IMG/VR virus record: IMGVR_UViG_3300006100_000010 | DNA: 64,000 bases | From: a virus | Lineage: Duplodnaviria > Heunggongvirae > Uroviricota > Caudoviricetes | Direction: 5' to 3' (one strand) | Shown here: positions 49,553-59,698 of the stretch, one piece after another | Layout: every line of letters begins with the position of its first letter | Numbering within the stretch: position 1 is the stretch's first letter | Position numbers and translations under genes: made by a program | The notes under the pieces: generated by a model | Databases searched by the model: none | Seen by the model: only the letters and a program-made list of their open reading frames with translations | What the model was told of the DNA's origin: nothing

Positions 49553-52278
49553 GGTACTATCTTCAGGTTGCAAGTTGCAGAATCATACCATACTGATCCT
49601 GAAGGAAGCCCTGAGCTACTTGATGGTATGTTTTTAATTGATAAGTTATTCACAAATGTAGTACATGCACGGTCACTAGTTATTCCAGTACCAACAATAA
49701 AGCTATTGCTGCATGAGGCAGTGTTGCAAACTCCAGCAAGGATTCCGCTATATGCACCAGACACAGTATTACTGCATCCTGAACCAATAAATGAGTCGCA
49801 TCCACATGCTGTATTGCCATATCCTGAAACAACTGCCGATCCGACTCCGCCTGCAATATTAAACACTCCACCGCCAATAAATGAAAGATCTCCAATTGCT
49901 GAATTTTGTTGACCTCCAGCCAACGTTGCATAGTGTCCAGAGGCAGTGCTCTGAATTCCTCCTCCAATAAAAGATTGGTTACCAGTTGCAGTATTAGAGC
50001 TGCCGCCTACTACAATTCCAGACTCAGCAGTATTAGAGTAGCCGCCTACTACAATTCCAGAATGTGCTACGGTATTTCCGTATCCTCCTCCAATAAATGA
50101 ATGCTCACTATTTGTTTCAACAACATTATAGGATCCTCCGACTATTGAACTATATCCTCCACCTGGACGACTTAGTAACGGATCATTCACCGTATTGCAA
50201 TAACCGCCGCTAACGGTTGAACAGCATGAACCTACATAATTATAGATTCCTCCTCCTATTACTGATCCATATCCATTACAACCTATGGTGTTATTAGCTC
50301 CGCCAGAAATAACTCCTCCTCCGGAAACAATTGAATTTATGCCTCCTCCTGAGATAACTGATCCTGCACCGCTTATATAATTTCCACTACCTCCACCTAT
50401 TGTTGAATAGTAAGAAGAAACAGTATTCTGTCCACCGCCTGCAATTACACTGAAAGGTGCAGTAATTGAATTATTGTTTCCTCCTGAAATAGTTGATACA
50501 ATATTCAAATATCCGCTTATTGTGTTATACGCCCCACCTGAGATTGTTGTTGCAGCCGAGCACGTACTGCTATTTCCAATTCCTCCAGCAATTGTGCTAG
50601 CCAGACCTTCTTGATAATTACAGTATCCTCCTCCTATCGTTGAGTCTCCATTAATAATTTGACCTACCGTTATGGTAATATCATCAGCAGGACTAGATCC
50701 GCCAAATGTGGTTCCGTAAAATGTGATAGTATCGCCAGTGGAATAGCCGTGTCCTGGAAAAGAAACGGTAATTGATGCAATTCCTCCTGAAATCATTATT
50801 TCAAATAGAGCATCATGACCGTTTCCAGAAGTAGAGTCCTGAGAAATTAAAGCATATGTATTATTCGAAAGGGTTCCACTGTATGTGGTTCCGCTAAGTG
50901 TTAGTATACCGTCTGCTCCAATTATGTGATTTAGTGCACCTCCACCGATTGTTGCGTGCGGTCCAGCTGATGTATTGCAGAATCCTCCTCCGACTGTTGC
51001 AACACATGAGCTTGCACAGTTGCTAATTCCTCCAGAAACAGTAGCGGCTTCGTGACTCGTAAAGTTTCCGTAGCCTCCACCGATTATATTAGTTTCTCCA
51101 GTTGCAGAATTACAAACTCCTCCGCCGACGGTAGAGACATAACCAGATGCCAAGTTTCCGCCTCCACCTGAAATGGTTCCAAGTACACCGGACACGACAT
51201 TTGAATTTCCTCCGGCAATTGTGCCAGTGACCGCATTGTAAATAATACTTCCAACACCTCCGCCTATCACTGAACCTGCTGAACTGTTGATATAATTTGA
51301 ATATCCTCCGCCTATTGTTGTAGCTAGCGCGGCTTCGCTTGAATTTGCGTATCCTCCGCCAATAACTGAATTTCCTGGAAGTATTTGTGTTACCGTGAAT
51401 ACAATATTGTCTTGAGGACGACTTCCTCCAAGCGAGTCTCCATATATAGTGAGGGTATCGCCTACCTGGTAATCGATGCCTGGATCAGCCGGAAAAGCAG
51501 TAAGGACTCCACCGGAAATTGTGATCACTGCAGTTGCACCAGATCCCATACCGGAAGTTGCATCAATTGCAGTTTGAATATTTGAGCCCATAGTATCAGG
51601 AAGCGAACCGCTGTATGCTGTTGAAAAATTAAGGACTCCTCCGCTTCCAGAAGCAGAATTTTGTGTACCTCCAGCGATGGTCGATGCATTACCTGATACT
51701 GTATTTCCAGATCCGCCGGAAATGGTCGAATAGTTACCAGTTGCTGAGTTACCGTTTAACTTACGAACAGATGATCCAGTGCCATCGCCTAATACAATAA
51801 CCGGATCATTACCGCCTCCACCTCCACCGTTTCCAGTCAAACTCACCCAGCCTCTACCCTGTAAGTAGCCGATAAAATCCTCTCCAAAATAGGGTTGCTG
51901 ATTTGAAATACCGGTGTAAATTATTTCTCCAGGTACTCCTGTGCTAGGCCAGTCATTAAAGTCCGTAAATCGTCTCCTCTTTGCTTGGGAGATCTGCATC
52001 GTGATGCTTTGACCGACGATTCTGCCTTGAGCATCTATTGTTAGATTAGTGGTCGATCCCTGGACCATGCTTAAAGTATTCGTCACAATGACGGTGCCAA
52101 CTGTTATTCCGCTAAGAGCTGCAGTATTTAGAGTTTCATCATACGCAATATTGGTTAGGAAACCAAGGTTTGCGGAGGATAGATTCTTAAAGTTTAGATT
52201 GGTAATATCAATTATCGCATTTAAGCTAGAATTGGTAAGTCTCCTAATTGAGTTTAGGTTTGTGTAAATAGCCATCAA
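49549..52278 (-). CDS. glycine-rich beta-helical tail fiber/spike protein (909 aa)
   Basis: Dozens of degenerate repeats of the type (T/S)I(G/S)GG(Y/N)xN / GGGYxNxxS / SxxGGxxNxA. The N-terminus [32 protein letters not shown] is a typical fiber attachment region. The C-terminus reads ...[16 protein letters not shown]. Confidence 0.55.
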   Translation of the reverse strand: MMAIYTNLNSIRRLTNSSLNAIIDITNLNFKNLSSANLGFLTNIAYDETLNTAALSGITVGTVIVTNTLSMVQGSTTNLTIDAQGRIVGQSITMQISQAKRRRFTDFNDWPSTGVPGEIIYTGISNQQPYFGEDFIGYLQGRGWVSLTGNGGGGGGNDPVIVLGDGTGSSVRKLNGNSATGNYSTISGGSGNTVSGNASTIAGGTQNSASGSGGVLNFSTAYSGSLPDTMGSNIQTAIDATSGMGSGATAVITISGGVLTAFPADPGIDYQVGDTLTIYGDSLGGSRPQDNIVFTVTQILPGNSVIGGGYANSSEAALATTIGGGYSNYINSSAGSVIGGGVGSIIYNAVTGTIAGGNSNVVSGVLGTISGGGGNLASGYVSTVGGGVCNSATGETNIIGGGYGNFTSHEAATVSGGISNCASSCVATVGGGFCNTSAGPHATIGGGALNHIIGADGILTLSGTTYSGTLSNNTYALISQDSTSGNGHDALFEIMISGGIASITVSFPGHGYSTGDTITFYGTTFGGSSPADDITITVGQIINGDSTIGGGYCNYQEGLASTIAGGIGNSSTCSAATTISGGAYNTISGYLNIVSTISGGNNNSITAPFSVIAGGGQNTVSSYYSTIGGGSGNYISGAGSVISGGGINSIVSGGGVISGGANNTIGCNGYGSVIGGGIYNYVGSCCSTVSGGYCNTVNDPLLSRPGGGYSSIVGGSYNVVETNSEHSFIGGGYGNTVAHSGIVVGGYSNTAESGIVVGGSSNTATGNQSFIGGGIQSTASGHYATLAGGQQNSAIGDLSFIGGGVFNIAGGVGSAVVSGYGNTACGCDSFIGSGCSNTVSGAYSGILAGVCNTASCSNSFIVGTGITSDRACTTFVNNLSIKNIPSSSSGLPSGSVWYDSATCNLKIVP

Positions 52279-52317
52279 GACCCATTATTTTTATTATTTA
52301 TTATAGTGGGACTGGGC

Positions 52318-53643
52318 TTATCTTAACTTGGCAATTATCTTGGTGTGCTTGTCTATCGTTGAATTGATGGTGAGTCTTCCTCTATTTACAAGGCACTCAC
52401 GCAGATCAGCATTAATCATCTTTAGGTCTGAGTTATCAAGAAAACTTGTACTAATGTCGTTGTTTTCTCCCATATAAGTGCAATCGATTATCTTTGAGCT
52501 CTTGATAAAATTATTTGAAAAAACAGTACACTCACTAAGTTTTGAGCTCTTTATCGAACATCCCTCAAATAAGCAGCCCTTTGCATCAACTTCAACCGTA
52601 CACTGGTAGAATTCGATATTTTCCACAAGTATTCCTCTAGAAACAGTTGCGTCCTTTACCTGAAAGGCTTTTCTTCTAGTGTCCCAGTTTATGACCCCCT
52701 CTGAGATCTCGCCGCCAAACACTAGCTGAAAGAGTCTCTCCTTTATAATGTCGTAGTTTGCTTCAATGAATCGACGGTCGTCCTTAAGATCAACATATAT
52801 CGATATGCCAGGATATTTCATCTTAAAGTTACTATAGCTGCGAGTAGAATCTACTGCATCTCTAAGCTCAGAAGTTATCTCAGAGATAATCTTCTTTTCC
52901 TCTAATGTATACTCATAATTATTGGATAGAGTAGCATAGAGGTGCTCTATGATAAAATTAATTGAGTCAACTGACTCCTTCTTTTTCTTGTGATAGTCCT
53001 TGCCTGAGATGTATTTTAAAATAAGGTTGCCTCGATCCATCTCAGAAAAGTCAGTTGCAAAGAAATCAGACTCAGGGAAATTAAATTCATTGGGATCCAT
53101 TCTTTCGACACGGCTCTCTGTGACTACTGTGTTGTATATCTGTCGAGGTTTAATAAATCTCAACTGATTGCGATATACTTTGGTATTTTCATTGACCTTG
53201 TGCGGCCACATTTCAAATAGCTTAGACTCATCGAATCCAAGCAAATACTTAAACTTGTTTAGCTTATCAGTCTTTACAGTTAGTCCTAGCTCATCTTCGT
53301 TGAGGCGGACTCTGGTAGTCATTGAACAACGATCTGTAGTATAGCCAAGGGCTTCAATCACGTTCATCACCTTTAACATCATGTGTATTGCTTCTAGGTA
53401 TGGCATAAAACCTGTCGAAAGGCTCGTCTCTTTGTATCCGTTTGAATATACTGGAGAGATCTTAAACGATTCCAATGTGGGTTCAAAGGTGGAGTCAACG
53501 TCAGTGAACCACTTGACCTTTTTGCCGAGCGCTCTAGCTAATTTTGCAGCAAGTTCTCTCTTATTTAGAGGAGTAAAGAACTCAAAGACAAACGCAAGAC
53601 TGGAATTGTCGTATAACTCTTTATTTGAAATAGACTTAAACAT
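52318..53643 (-). CDS. hypothetical protein with a C-terminal Cys-punctuated beta-repeat region; possibly fiber-associated
   Basis: 441 aa. The C-terminal ~120 aa show periodic short repeats containing Cys (QCTVEV...GCLFEGCSIKSS...ECTVFS...DCTYMG...RECLVN). It lies directly upstream of the Gly-rich fiber gene on the same strand. Confidence 0.35.
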   Translation of the reverse strand: MFKSISNKELYDNSSLAFVFEFFTPLNKRELAAKLARALGKKVKWFTDVDSTFEPTLESFKISPVYSNGYKETSLSTGFMPYLEAIHMMLKVMNVIEALGYTTDRCSMTTRVRLNEDELGLTVKTDKLNKFKYLLGFDESKLFEMWPHKVNENTKVYRNQLRFIKPRQIYNTVVTESRVERMDPNEFNFPESDFFATDFSEMDRGNLILKYISGKDYHKKKKESVDSINFIIEHLYATLSNNYEYTLEEKKIISEITSELRDAVDSTRSYSNFKMKYPGISIYVDLKDDRRFIEANYDIIKERLFQLVFGGEISEGVINWDTRRKAFQVKDATVSRGILVENIEFYQCTVEVDAKGCLFEGCSIKSSKLSECTVFSNNFIKSSKIIDCTYMGENNDISTSFLDNSDLKMINADLRECLVNRGRLTINSTIDKHTKIIAKLR

Positions 53644-53730
53644 CTAACTGATCTTTATTCTATTTATTCTAAACTGGCTTCATCTTAAATAAATAAAGGT
53701 AGGAAGATCTCCTCAAAATAAGTAAAACAC

Positions 53731-54195
53731 ATGCAATACAGAGTAGAAGCAACAATTCTAAATAAATCAGGCAATTACACACCTACTGTAGGTTCACCAG
53801 CGGTTAATCTTGCTAGGAAGAACGAGGGAAATAATCGAATCCTTAATGTGTCTGCTGAGAAGATACTTACTGCAGATGAACTAATTGCTCAAATTGAATC
53901 AACGTTAGCTAGTCTAGTTCTCACTGGTGCTAAACTTACAGTTAACGGAGAGAGCCCAGCTGCAACTGACCTAATTAAAGAGGGAACGCTTGCCTACTCA
54001 GCCACACTAGATAAGATTGTGCCTGTAAATAAACCTGCCACAATACCAGCAATGAAATCCACTAAACCTGCTTTAGGAAAAACTGTGGCACGGGACTCTC
54101 ACATTCTTCAGGATTCACTTTTTCCTAAAGTTAACCCAGTGGAAAGATTTATCGCAGCCTTTAATAAACTTAATGAATTAGATAACAAAAAATAA
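53731..54195 (+). CDS. hypothetical protein
   Basis: 154-aa ORF. The stop overlaps the terminator hairpin. Confidence 0.4.
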   Translation: MQYRVEATILNKSGNYTPTVGSPAVNLARKNEGNNRILNVSAEKILTADELIAQIESTLASLVLTGAKLTVNGESPAATDLIKEGTLAYSATLDKIVPVNKPATIPAMKSTKPALGKTVARDSHILQDSLFPKVNPVERFIAAFNKLNELDNKK

Positions 54196-54222
54196 GCGAT
54201 ACACTAAAAGTATATCGCTTAT
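54187..54222 (-). terminator. rho-independent terminator immediately 3' of the tmRNA (minus strand)
   Basis: Stem AATAAGCGATA / TATCGCTTATT (10-11 bp) with an 11-nt loop, followed on the minus strand by TTTTTT. The tmRNA 3' acceptor end is 2 nt upstream. Confidence 0.6.
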
Positions 54223-54223
54223 T

Positions 54224-54638
54224 GTGGACCGGGTGGGAGTTGAACCCACGTCTTGCTCGACTAGTAGAAAGGACTCATTCACAAGCTTACTCAGTTTACG
54301 ACACTGACAAACTTTTTGGTTTTCGGGGTAGTTTATGAAGAGTTTCCTTCTCTTCCTCATGACGGCTATCTACATGCCTACACGTCTTTCCGTAGTGTCT
54401 TCTGGCTTCCGATCTATTGATCGTACCTCCAATTTGTGACTTTCTGTTCCTAGGCAGTCACCGCCCGGTGCTTAGGCAGCTATTGCTACTTCTGCGCCAA
54501 CGAAAGACATTGCGTCTTCGAAGGTAAATGTTGACTTAGCGTCGTTTGTATTCTGCATTGGGGATTAACGAGTTTCAATGCTAACTCAGCTTGCATCATC
54601 TCAATGAACTAACGCCGCCAATCAATACCCGGCCGGCC
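54224..54638 (-). ncRNA. ssrA: tmRNA (ssrA), phage-encoded
   Basis: At the minus-strand 3' end a T-arm (GTGGG-TTCAACT-CCCAC) is directly followed by the acceptor 3' strand CCGGTCC, then A, C. The 5' end (GGGCCGG) pairs with it, giving a 7-bp acceptor stem with a G3:U70 wobble (Ala identity). About 125 nt from the 5' end an ORF-like tag reads GCA ATG TCT TTC GTT GGC GCA GAA GTA GCA ATA GCT GCC TAA, ending ...VAIAA-stop (ALAA-like). A GAAGAC/GTCTTC-type helix precedes it. Total length about 415 nt. Confidence 0.6.
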
Positions 54639-54734
54639 CATATTGGAAAGATCTGATTTATCTATCCGTAGTATTTTATCTAATATACTAAATCGGTTTC
54701 AACAGAATAAATAAAATAAACAATATTTAGGTAA

Positions 54735-56402
54735 ATGGCAAGCGCAGTTGACAATTTTAAAGTTCTTAATCGACTAAGTATATACATAGAAGACATCATG
54801 AGTCAGACTATAAACTATCTGACAAACCGCTTTAGTCAAAGCCGATCAATATTTACGGCAGCCTCACCTTTCGGCCAATTGTTACTTGTTGTTGAGAACC
54901 TTACGCAACTTGTGTTCTATTATATAGAGGACTCTATCACTGAGCTTAATATAAATGAAGCCACCCGTCTTACATCTGTCTATTCGTTAGCTTCCCTTTC
55001 GGGACATAACCCTAGCCGAGCAGTTGCCGCAATTGGTGAGATCAGCATTAGCACAAATTCAAGTGCGGTTAACGCTCCATACGACAGCGTGATTATTCCA
55101 AATCTCACGAGAATTCGTTCTCTAGCTAATGGACTTACCTATATTTTAGAGCTTTCGCAAGATCAAATAAGGTTTCCATTCAATGGAACCAATAACGGAC
55201 TCAAGCTTGGAATAAAGCAAGGAATTGTTGAGACTCAGACAGTAACGGCTAAAGGCATACCGACAGACAGCTATTCGATTAGCAGTCCTCAAAACTTTTA
55301 TATTGATAACTTTTTTGTCAATGTCTATGTGAACGGAAGTCTTTGGAACAGGTACGACTCTATCCTAGACATGCCAAGAGGCGAACCTGCATACATGGTT
55401 AGAACCGGGATCACTAGCGGAATAGATGTGTATTTTGGTAATGGAAACTTTGGTGCAATACCGCCAAAGGGAGCAGACATCACAGTTGAATACCTGGTGA
55501 CTGAGGGCGCAAACGGCAATATCCGTACAAACGACCTAGCAAAGGTTGGATTTGAATGGATCGACACTGGATTTAGCTCTTTGGGAGATGAGATCGACCT
55601 AAATAAATACATCAGCATAACTGCAACACATGCTCCGTTCTTTGGATCCAATGCAGAAGATTCAACTTTGACTCGTCTTATTGCTCCTAGAGAATCGAAA
55701 AGCTTTGCCCTAGTCAATGTAGATCACTATGAAGTGTTACTAAGAAAGTTAAAGCTTTTCTCAGTGATCCAAGTGTATCTTGATCCAAACGATAGTCGTG
55801 TTCTGGACCTATTTCTTATTCCAGACATACGCCAAACATTTAACACAGGTCAGGATTATTTTAGCGCGACCATCGATCGATTCACCTTGACCGACTATCA
55901 AAAAAATGAGCTTTTGAAATACATTGAAAAATCAGGATCAAAGCTAATATCAACTGATGCAGTCATCATAGATCCAGTACCGAGCTTATATGTATTGAAC
56001 GTTTCAATAATTGCATACGATGATGTTGACATTAGCATCATTAAAAACGACATACTTAACTCTTTAGGTACCTTCTTTATTCAAACGACTAGACGCAACA
56101 GAATTCCAAAGAGTGATTTGATTGCTCTACTTGAGGGAGTAAACGGAGTCGATTCAGTTTCAATCTATATAGTATCTAAAAAGAACGAAATTAGCAAGAT
56201 CGCAAATTCGTCTGCTGCAGATGTTGGAGTCGATGAATTCAACGATATTATAATAGAAAATGGAGAACTTGCGATAATAAAAGGTGGATTCACCGATCGC
56301 TACGGTAACGCATATAGCGAAGGTCTCTCTACCACTTCACTAGGTCCTGTAAATATTCAGGTGAAGAACATTGTCCCTAGACCAAAAAATGGATCAGCAT
56401 GA
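54735..56402 (+). CDS. structural protein, possibly baseplate J/gp6-like wedge protein
   Basis: 555 aa. The N-terminal region (...YYIEDSITELNINEATRLTSVYSLASLSGHNPSRAVAAIG...) loosely resembles the start of the baseplate-J family. This assignment is weak. Confidence 0.25.
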   Translation: MASAVDNFKVLNRLSIYIEDIMSQTINYLTNRFSQSRSIFTAASPFGQLLLVVENLTQLVFYYIEDSITELNINEATRLTSVYSLASLSGHNPSRAVAAIGEISISTNSSAVNAPYDSVIIPNLTRIRSLANGLTYILELSQDQIRFPFNGTNNGLKLGIKQGIVETQTVTAKGIPTDSYSISSPQNFYIDNFFVNVYVNGSLWNRYDSILDMPRGEPAYMVRTGITSGIDVYFGNGNFGAIPPKGADITVEYLVTEGANGNIRTNDLAKVGFEWIDTGFSSLGDEIDLNKYISITATHAPFFGSNAEDSTLTRLIAPRESKSFALVNVDHYEVLLRKLKLFSVIQVYLDPNDSRVLDLFLIPDIRQTFNTGQDYFSATIDRFTLTDYQKNELLKYIEKSGSKLISTDAVIIDPVPSLYVLNVSIIAYDDVDISIIKNDILNSLGTFFIQTTRRNRIPKSDLIALLEGVNGVDSVSIYIVSKKNEISKIANSSAADVGVDEFNDIIIENGELAIIKGGFTDRYGNAYSEGLSTTSLGPVNIQVKNIVPRPKNGSA

Positions 56403-56644
56403 CAAAAGACAGCATATTCAGACCCATCTTTAGTAGACGCGAGAATCGTCTAAACATGGGATACGATTACAAAGGAAACATACTTAAGAAAACTCTGTCA
56501 GGTCAGATGTTTGGAGTGAATCCAACGCTCGATACATACCTTTCAAAAATAGATGCGATTGTCTATGAATGGATAGAGGCAGTAAAACAGATAAAAATCA
56601 ATGTGAATCCGGCATTAGATAAGTACGAAAACAAGATAAACTAA
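56399..56644 (+). CDS. hypothetical small protein
   Basis: 81-aa ORF. It overlaps the upstream gene by 4 nt. Confidence 0.35.
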   Translation: MTKDSIFRPIFSRRENRLNMGYDYKGNILKKTLSGQMFGVNPTLDTYLSKIDAIVYEWIEAVKQIKINVNPALDKYENKIN

Positions 56645-56648
56645 ACAT

Positions 56649-57374
56649 ATGGCTAAGAAGCAAGGCGGCATGAGCCGCGAAAACCGTGGTCATCTAAAAG
56701 ATGAGATAGAATCTCTTTTAGGTTCAATAGGGCAAGAGACTCACGCCAATCTTATAGTGGACAACGATCTTTCGCAGGAATTAAAGAAAGAGAGTCCTTA
56801 TGATTTTGAAGCGATGAGCTCACAGTTTACTAAGAAGGCAAGAGAGATCACTGACTCGCTCTTTAAAAACTTTGTGGACATTGGAGTATTTGAGCAAAAT
56901 GACTATGCAAAACACAAGAAAGAGCTTGATACAATCAACATCTCCAATCTTTTCTTTCAATTAAAGACTCTAAAGATCACAATCATAAAGGTGATGGAGG
57001 AGATTACCTCAGGCAACACGCATCCTCGACTAATTGAGGTGATGGGTCAGCTACAGGATAAGATGGCAGACATCACTAAGATGCAGGCAAATTACATAAT
57101 CTTTTTGGAAGAGACCTATCAGAAACTAAATAGAGATAAGCCAGTCAATTCTGACTTTGAAAAAGTTGATTCTAGTCCGCAGGAAGGTCAGTTCTTCATC
57201 ACAGTTGGGACTAAGAACATGATAAAGAGTCTTCCTGAATCTGCCCCAACCAAAAAGGAGGCTAAAAATAACTTCGTTGATCCAAGTCAAAAGATCGACC
57301 TCATGAAAGATCGTAATATCCAGATCCAAGCAGAAGACTCGGACGATTTTATCGATCTTAGCGAAATAATCTAA
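56649..57374 (+). CDS. candidate terminase small subunit
   Basis: 241 aa with a basic N-terminus and coiled-coil-rich sequence, immediately upstream of the large terminase (the gp16-gp17 arrangement). No diagnostic motif. Confidence 0.3.
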   Translation: MAKKQGGMSRENRGHLKDEIESLLGSIGQETHANLIVDNDLSQELKKESPYDFEAMSSQFTKKAREITDSLFKNFVDIGVFEQNDYAKHKKELDTINISNLFFQLKTLKITIIKVMEEITSGNTHPRLIEVMGQLQDKMADITKMQANYIIFLEETYQKLNRDKPVNSDFEKVDSSPQEGQFFITVGTKNMIKSLPESAPTKKEAKNNFVDPSQKIDLMKDRNIQIQAEDSDDFIDLSEII

Positions 57375-57378
57375 TCGT

Positions 57379-59355
57379 ATGAAGGATATTATGTCAAGTA
57401 GGGGGGCGTTCGTCTCTCGTAAAGTGTCGTCAATGGGAGGAGCGGACAATGATACAAACGCCTCTTTATGGACTACGGTAAGGATCAATGCGCTAATTGA
57501 AGAAATCGATAATGGACTTGATATAAAGGGACTGCACAGTTCTCCATTCAAAGACAATGACCTAAACCTAAAGCGGGCAGCGCTTCCATTTGAATACACT
57601 CCTGAAGAATTTGAAGAGCTTAAAAAGTGTAAAGAGGACATTATTTATTTTGCATACAATTATTGCTGCATACAAACACCTAAGGGAATTAAGCTGATAA
57701 AGGAAACGATGGGCCTTCGTGATTTTCAGGAACAGATCCTTGAGTCATTTAGCACAAACCGTCTTAATATTTTAATGGCAAGTCGTCAGATCGGTAAGTC
57801 GGTTACTTCTGCTATTTTTATCCTTTGGTTTACCATGTTTAATCCTGAAAAGACTGCCCTAATCGTTGCCGATAACTTCAACACGACCAAGGAGCTATTA
57901 GATAAATTGAAGATAACTCTGGAGGGTCTACCTTTCTTTATGAAACCTGGAATAAAATTGATAAATTCCGGAAATATTAAATTTGACAACGACAGTCGTA
58001 TTGTTGCAAGAACGACTACCAAAAAGTCAGGTATCGGTCTTACTGTTAACTTGCTCTATATGGACGAGTTTGCTCATATAGATTCTGCAAAGCTGGATGA
58101 ATTTTATCGTGCAGTATTTCCAACCGTCACGGCAGACCCTAATGCAAAGGTTATCATAACATCTACACCAAATGGAAAGAACAAGTTCTATGATATATGG
58201 ACTGATGCGATTGAGCGTAGGAGTAACTACGTTCCGTTAAGAGTCGACTGGTGGCAGGTTCCAGGCAGGGATGAAAGGTGGAAAGAGGATACTATTGCGG
58301 ATCTTGGCTCGATCGAAGACTTTAATCAGGAATATGGATTACAGTTCTTCTCGTCTGATCAATTGTTATTGGGATCAAATGAGCTAAAGAGACTCTATAA
58401 CATGAAAGTCGAATACGTTAATACACAGTTTGCAGTAAACGATAACTTTCAACACATTAATGACTATTTTAAAATACATCCAAAGTATTCCAAATACTCA
58501 ATATCCGACCTTAAAGCAGATCGGTCAAACTATGTAGCGACGATAGATACTGCAGACGGAGTCGGCGGCGACTATTCAGTCATGAATATCTATCGATTAG
58601 TTGCTCTACCTGTAAATCTTCTATTGAAAAAGAAGGAGGCGATTCGCAATGAGCTTGATACCTTAGCTCTCGTGCAAGTTGCAACCTATCGAACGAATGA
58701 GCGAGACATCAACCAGTTTTCAGCAGATTGTGAACATATAGTGTATAAAATATTCAACCCTGAAAGGATCAGAATCGTACTTGAAGTGAATCATAAGGGA
58801 GAAATTGTGCACAACATGATGTCATCAAATAACGATTATTGGCCGGGACAGTTTGTGCACACCAAGCACACAGAAATGGCAGTCGCTCCAAAATTAGGAG
58901 TAAGACTTGGACCGACCAATAAAATCAAATACTGTGAACGATTTAAGTACACAGTTGCCGCAAACAAAATAATTCCTAATGAATACACGACTGTGATGGA
59001 ATTAATGGCATTTGGTAAATCAAAAGGAGGACAATACAGGGGACAGAACGGTAATGACGACCTTGCAATGACTTCAGTGACCATGACGACTTTCTTTGAT
59101 TCTCCACAGTTTTGGGACATGGGAATTGACACATACGAATCAACTGCTCCAGAATATAGAAAGGAGATTGACGAAAAAATATTTAAAGTGTTTCGTGAAA
59201 CGAATCCCAAGAGTTTGTATGATTTTAATCAACTATCAAGTCTAAATGCTCCACGAGCATCAGACTCATCTGCCAACCCCGTAAAGCAAAATGTTTTCGA
59301 TTTAAAATCGCTTGACGAATTTAAAAAATTACAAAGCCGATTTTTTAATCGTTAA
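57379..59355 (+). CDS. terL: terminase large subunit (T4 gp17-like ATPase plus nuclease)
   Basis: Walker A in a T4-like context ...LNILMASRQIGKSVTSAIFILWF (compare gp17 ...SRQLGKT). Walker B/coupling motif ...LLYMDEFAHI. The C-terminal half has the acidic residues of an RNase H-like nuclease domain (...ATIDTADGVGGDYSVM...). 658 aa. Confidence 0.8.
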   Translation: MKDIMSSRGAFVSRKVSSMGGADNDTNASLWTTVRINALIEEIDNGLDIKGLHSSPFKDNDLNLKRAALPFEYTPEEFEELKKCKEDIIYFAYNYCCIQTPKGIKLIKETMGLRDFQEQILESFSTNRLNILMASRQIGKSVTSAIFILWFTMFNPEKTALIVADNFNTTKELLDKLKITLEGLPFFMKPGIKLINSGNIKFDNDSRIVARTTTKKSGIGLTVNLLYMDEFAHIDSAKLDEFYRAVFPTVTADPNAKVIITSTPNGKNKFYDIWTDAIERRSNYVPLRVDWWQVPGRDERWKEDTIADLGSIEDFNQEYGLQFFSSDQLLLGSNELKRLYNMKVEYVNTQFAVNDNFQHINDYFKIHPKYSKYSISDLKADRSNYVATIDTADGVGGDYSVMNIYRLVALPVNLLLKKKEAIRNELDTLALVQVATYRTNERDINQFSADCEHIVYKIFNPERIRIVLEVNHKGEIVHNMMSSNNDYWPGQFVHTKHTEMAVAPKLGVRLGPTNKIKYCERFKYTVAANKIIPNEYTTVMELMAFGKSKGGQYRGQNGNDDLAMTSVTMTTFFDSPQFWDMGIDTYESTAPEYRKEIDEKIFKVFRETNPKSLYDFNQLSSLNAPRASDSSANPVKQNVFDLKSLDEFKKLQSRFFNR

Positions 59356-59395
59356 CTAATTATTAGTATCTTATAAAAGACTCGTACTACTTATT

Positions 59396-59695
59396 ATGAA
59401 ATCACTGGAATTTAGAGGAGACATAACTCTTGAAGAAGTTTTTAATGAACACAAAGCTGTTATATATGAAAGTGTTGTACATGCAATTCGTGATAATCTA
59501 AAATTAAGCGAGCCTGAAGTACCAGTCATTAAAATCATAATAAATGAAATAGAGTATTCAATTAACTTAGGACACGAAAAGTTTCTTCGTTGCCTTGATC
59601 AGGCAATCGCTTTCTATGAGCAACTGGAGGAATATGAAAAATGTCAAGAGTGCTTAGAGATAAGCAATAACCTACGAAAAAAAGAGCTAGTTTAA
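59396..59695 (+). CDS. hypothetical small protein
   Basis: 99-aa ORF between terL and the ECF sigma gene. Confidence 0.35.
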   Translation: MKSLEFRGDITLEEVFNEHKAVIYESVVHAIRDNLKLSEPEVPVIKIIINEIEYSINLGHEKFLRCLDQAIAFYEQLEEYEKCQECLEISNNLRKKELV

Positions 59696-59698
59696 TAT

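Noticed and set aside
49549-52278. Apparent repetitiveness of the fiber gene as a DNA tandem repeat or mobile element
   Set aside because: The repeats are degenerate at the nucleotide level, in-frame and protein-level (Gly-rich beta-helix). It is not a DNA satellite or an IS.
54178-54360. 60-aa minus-strand ORF (MRKRRKLF...)
   Set aside because: It overlaps the tmRNA T-arm/acceptor and its terminator. The region is better explained as structured RNA.
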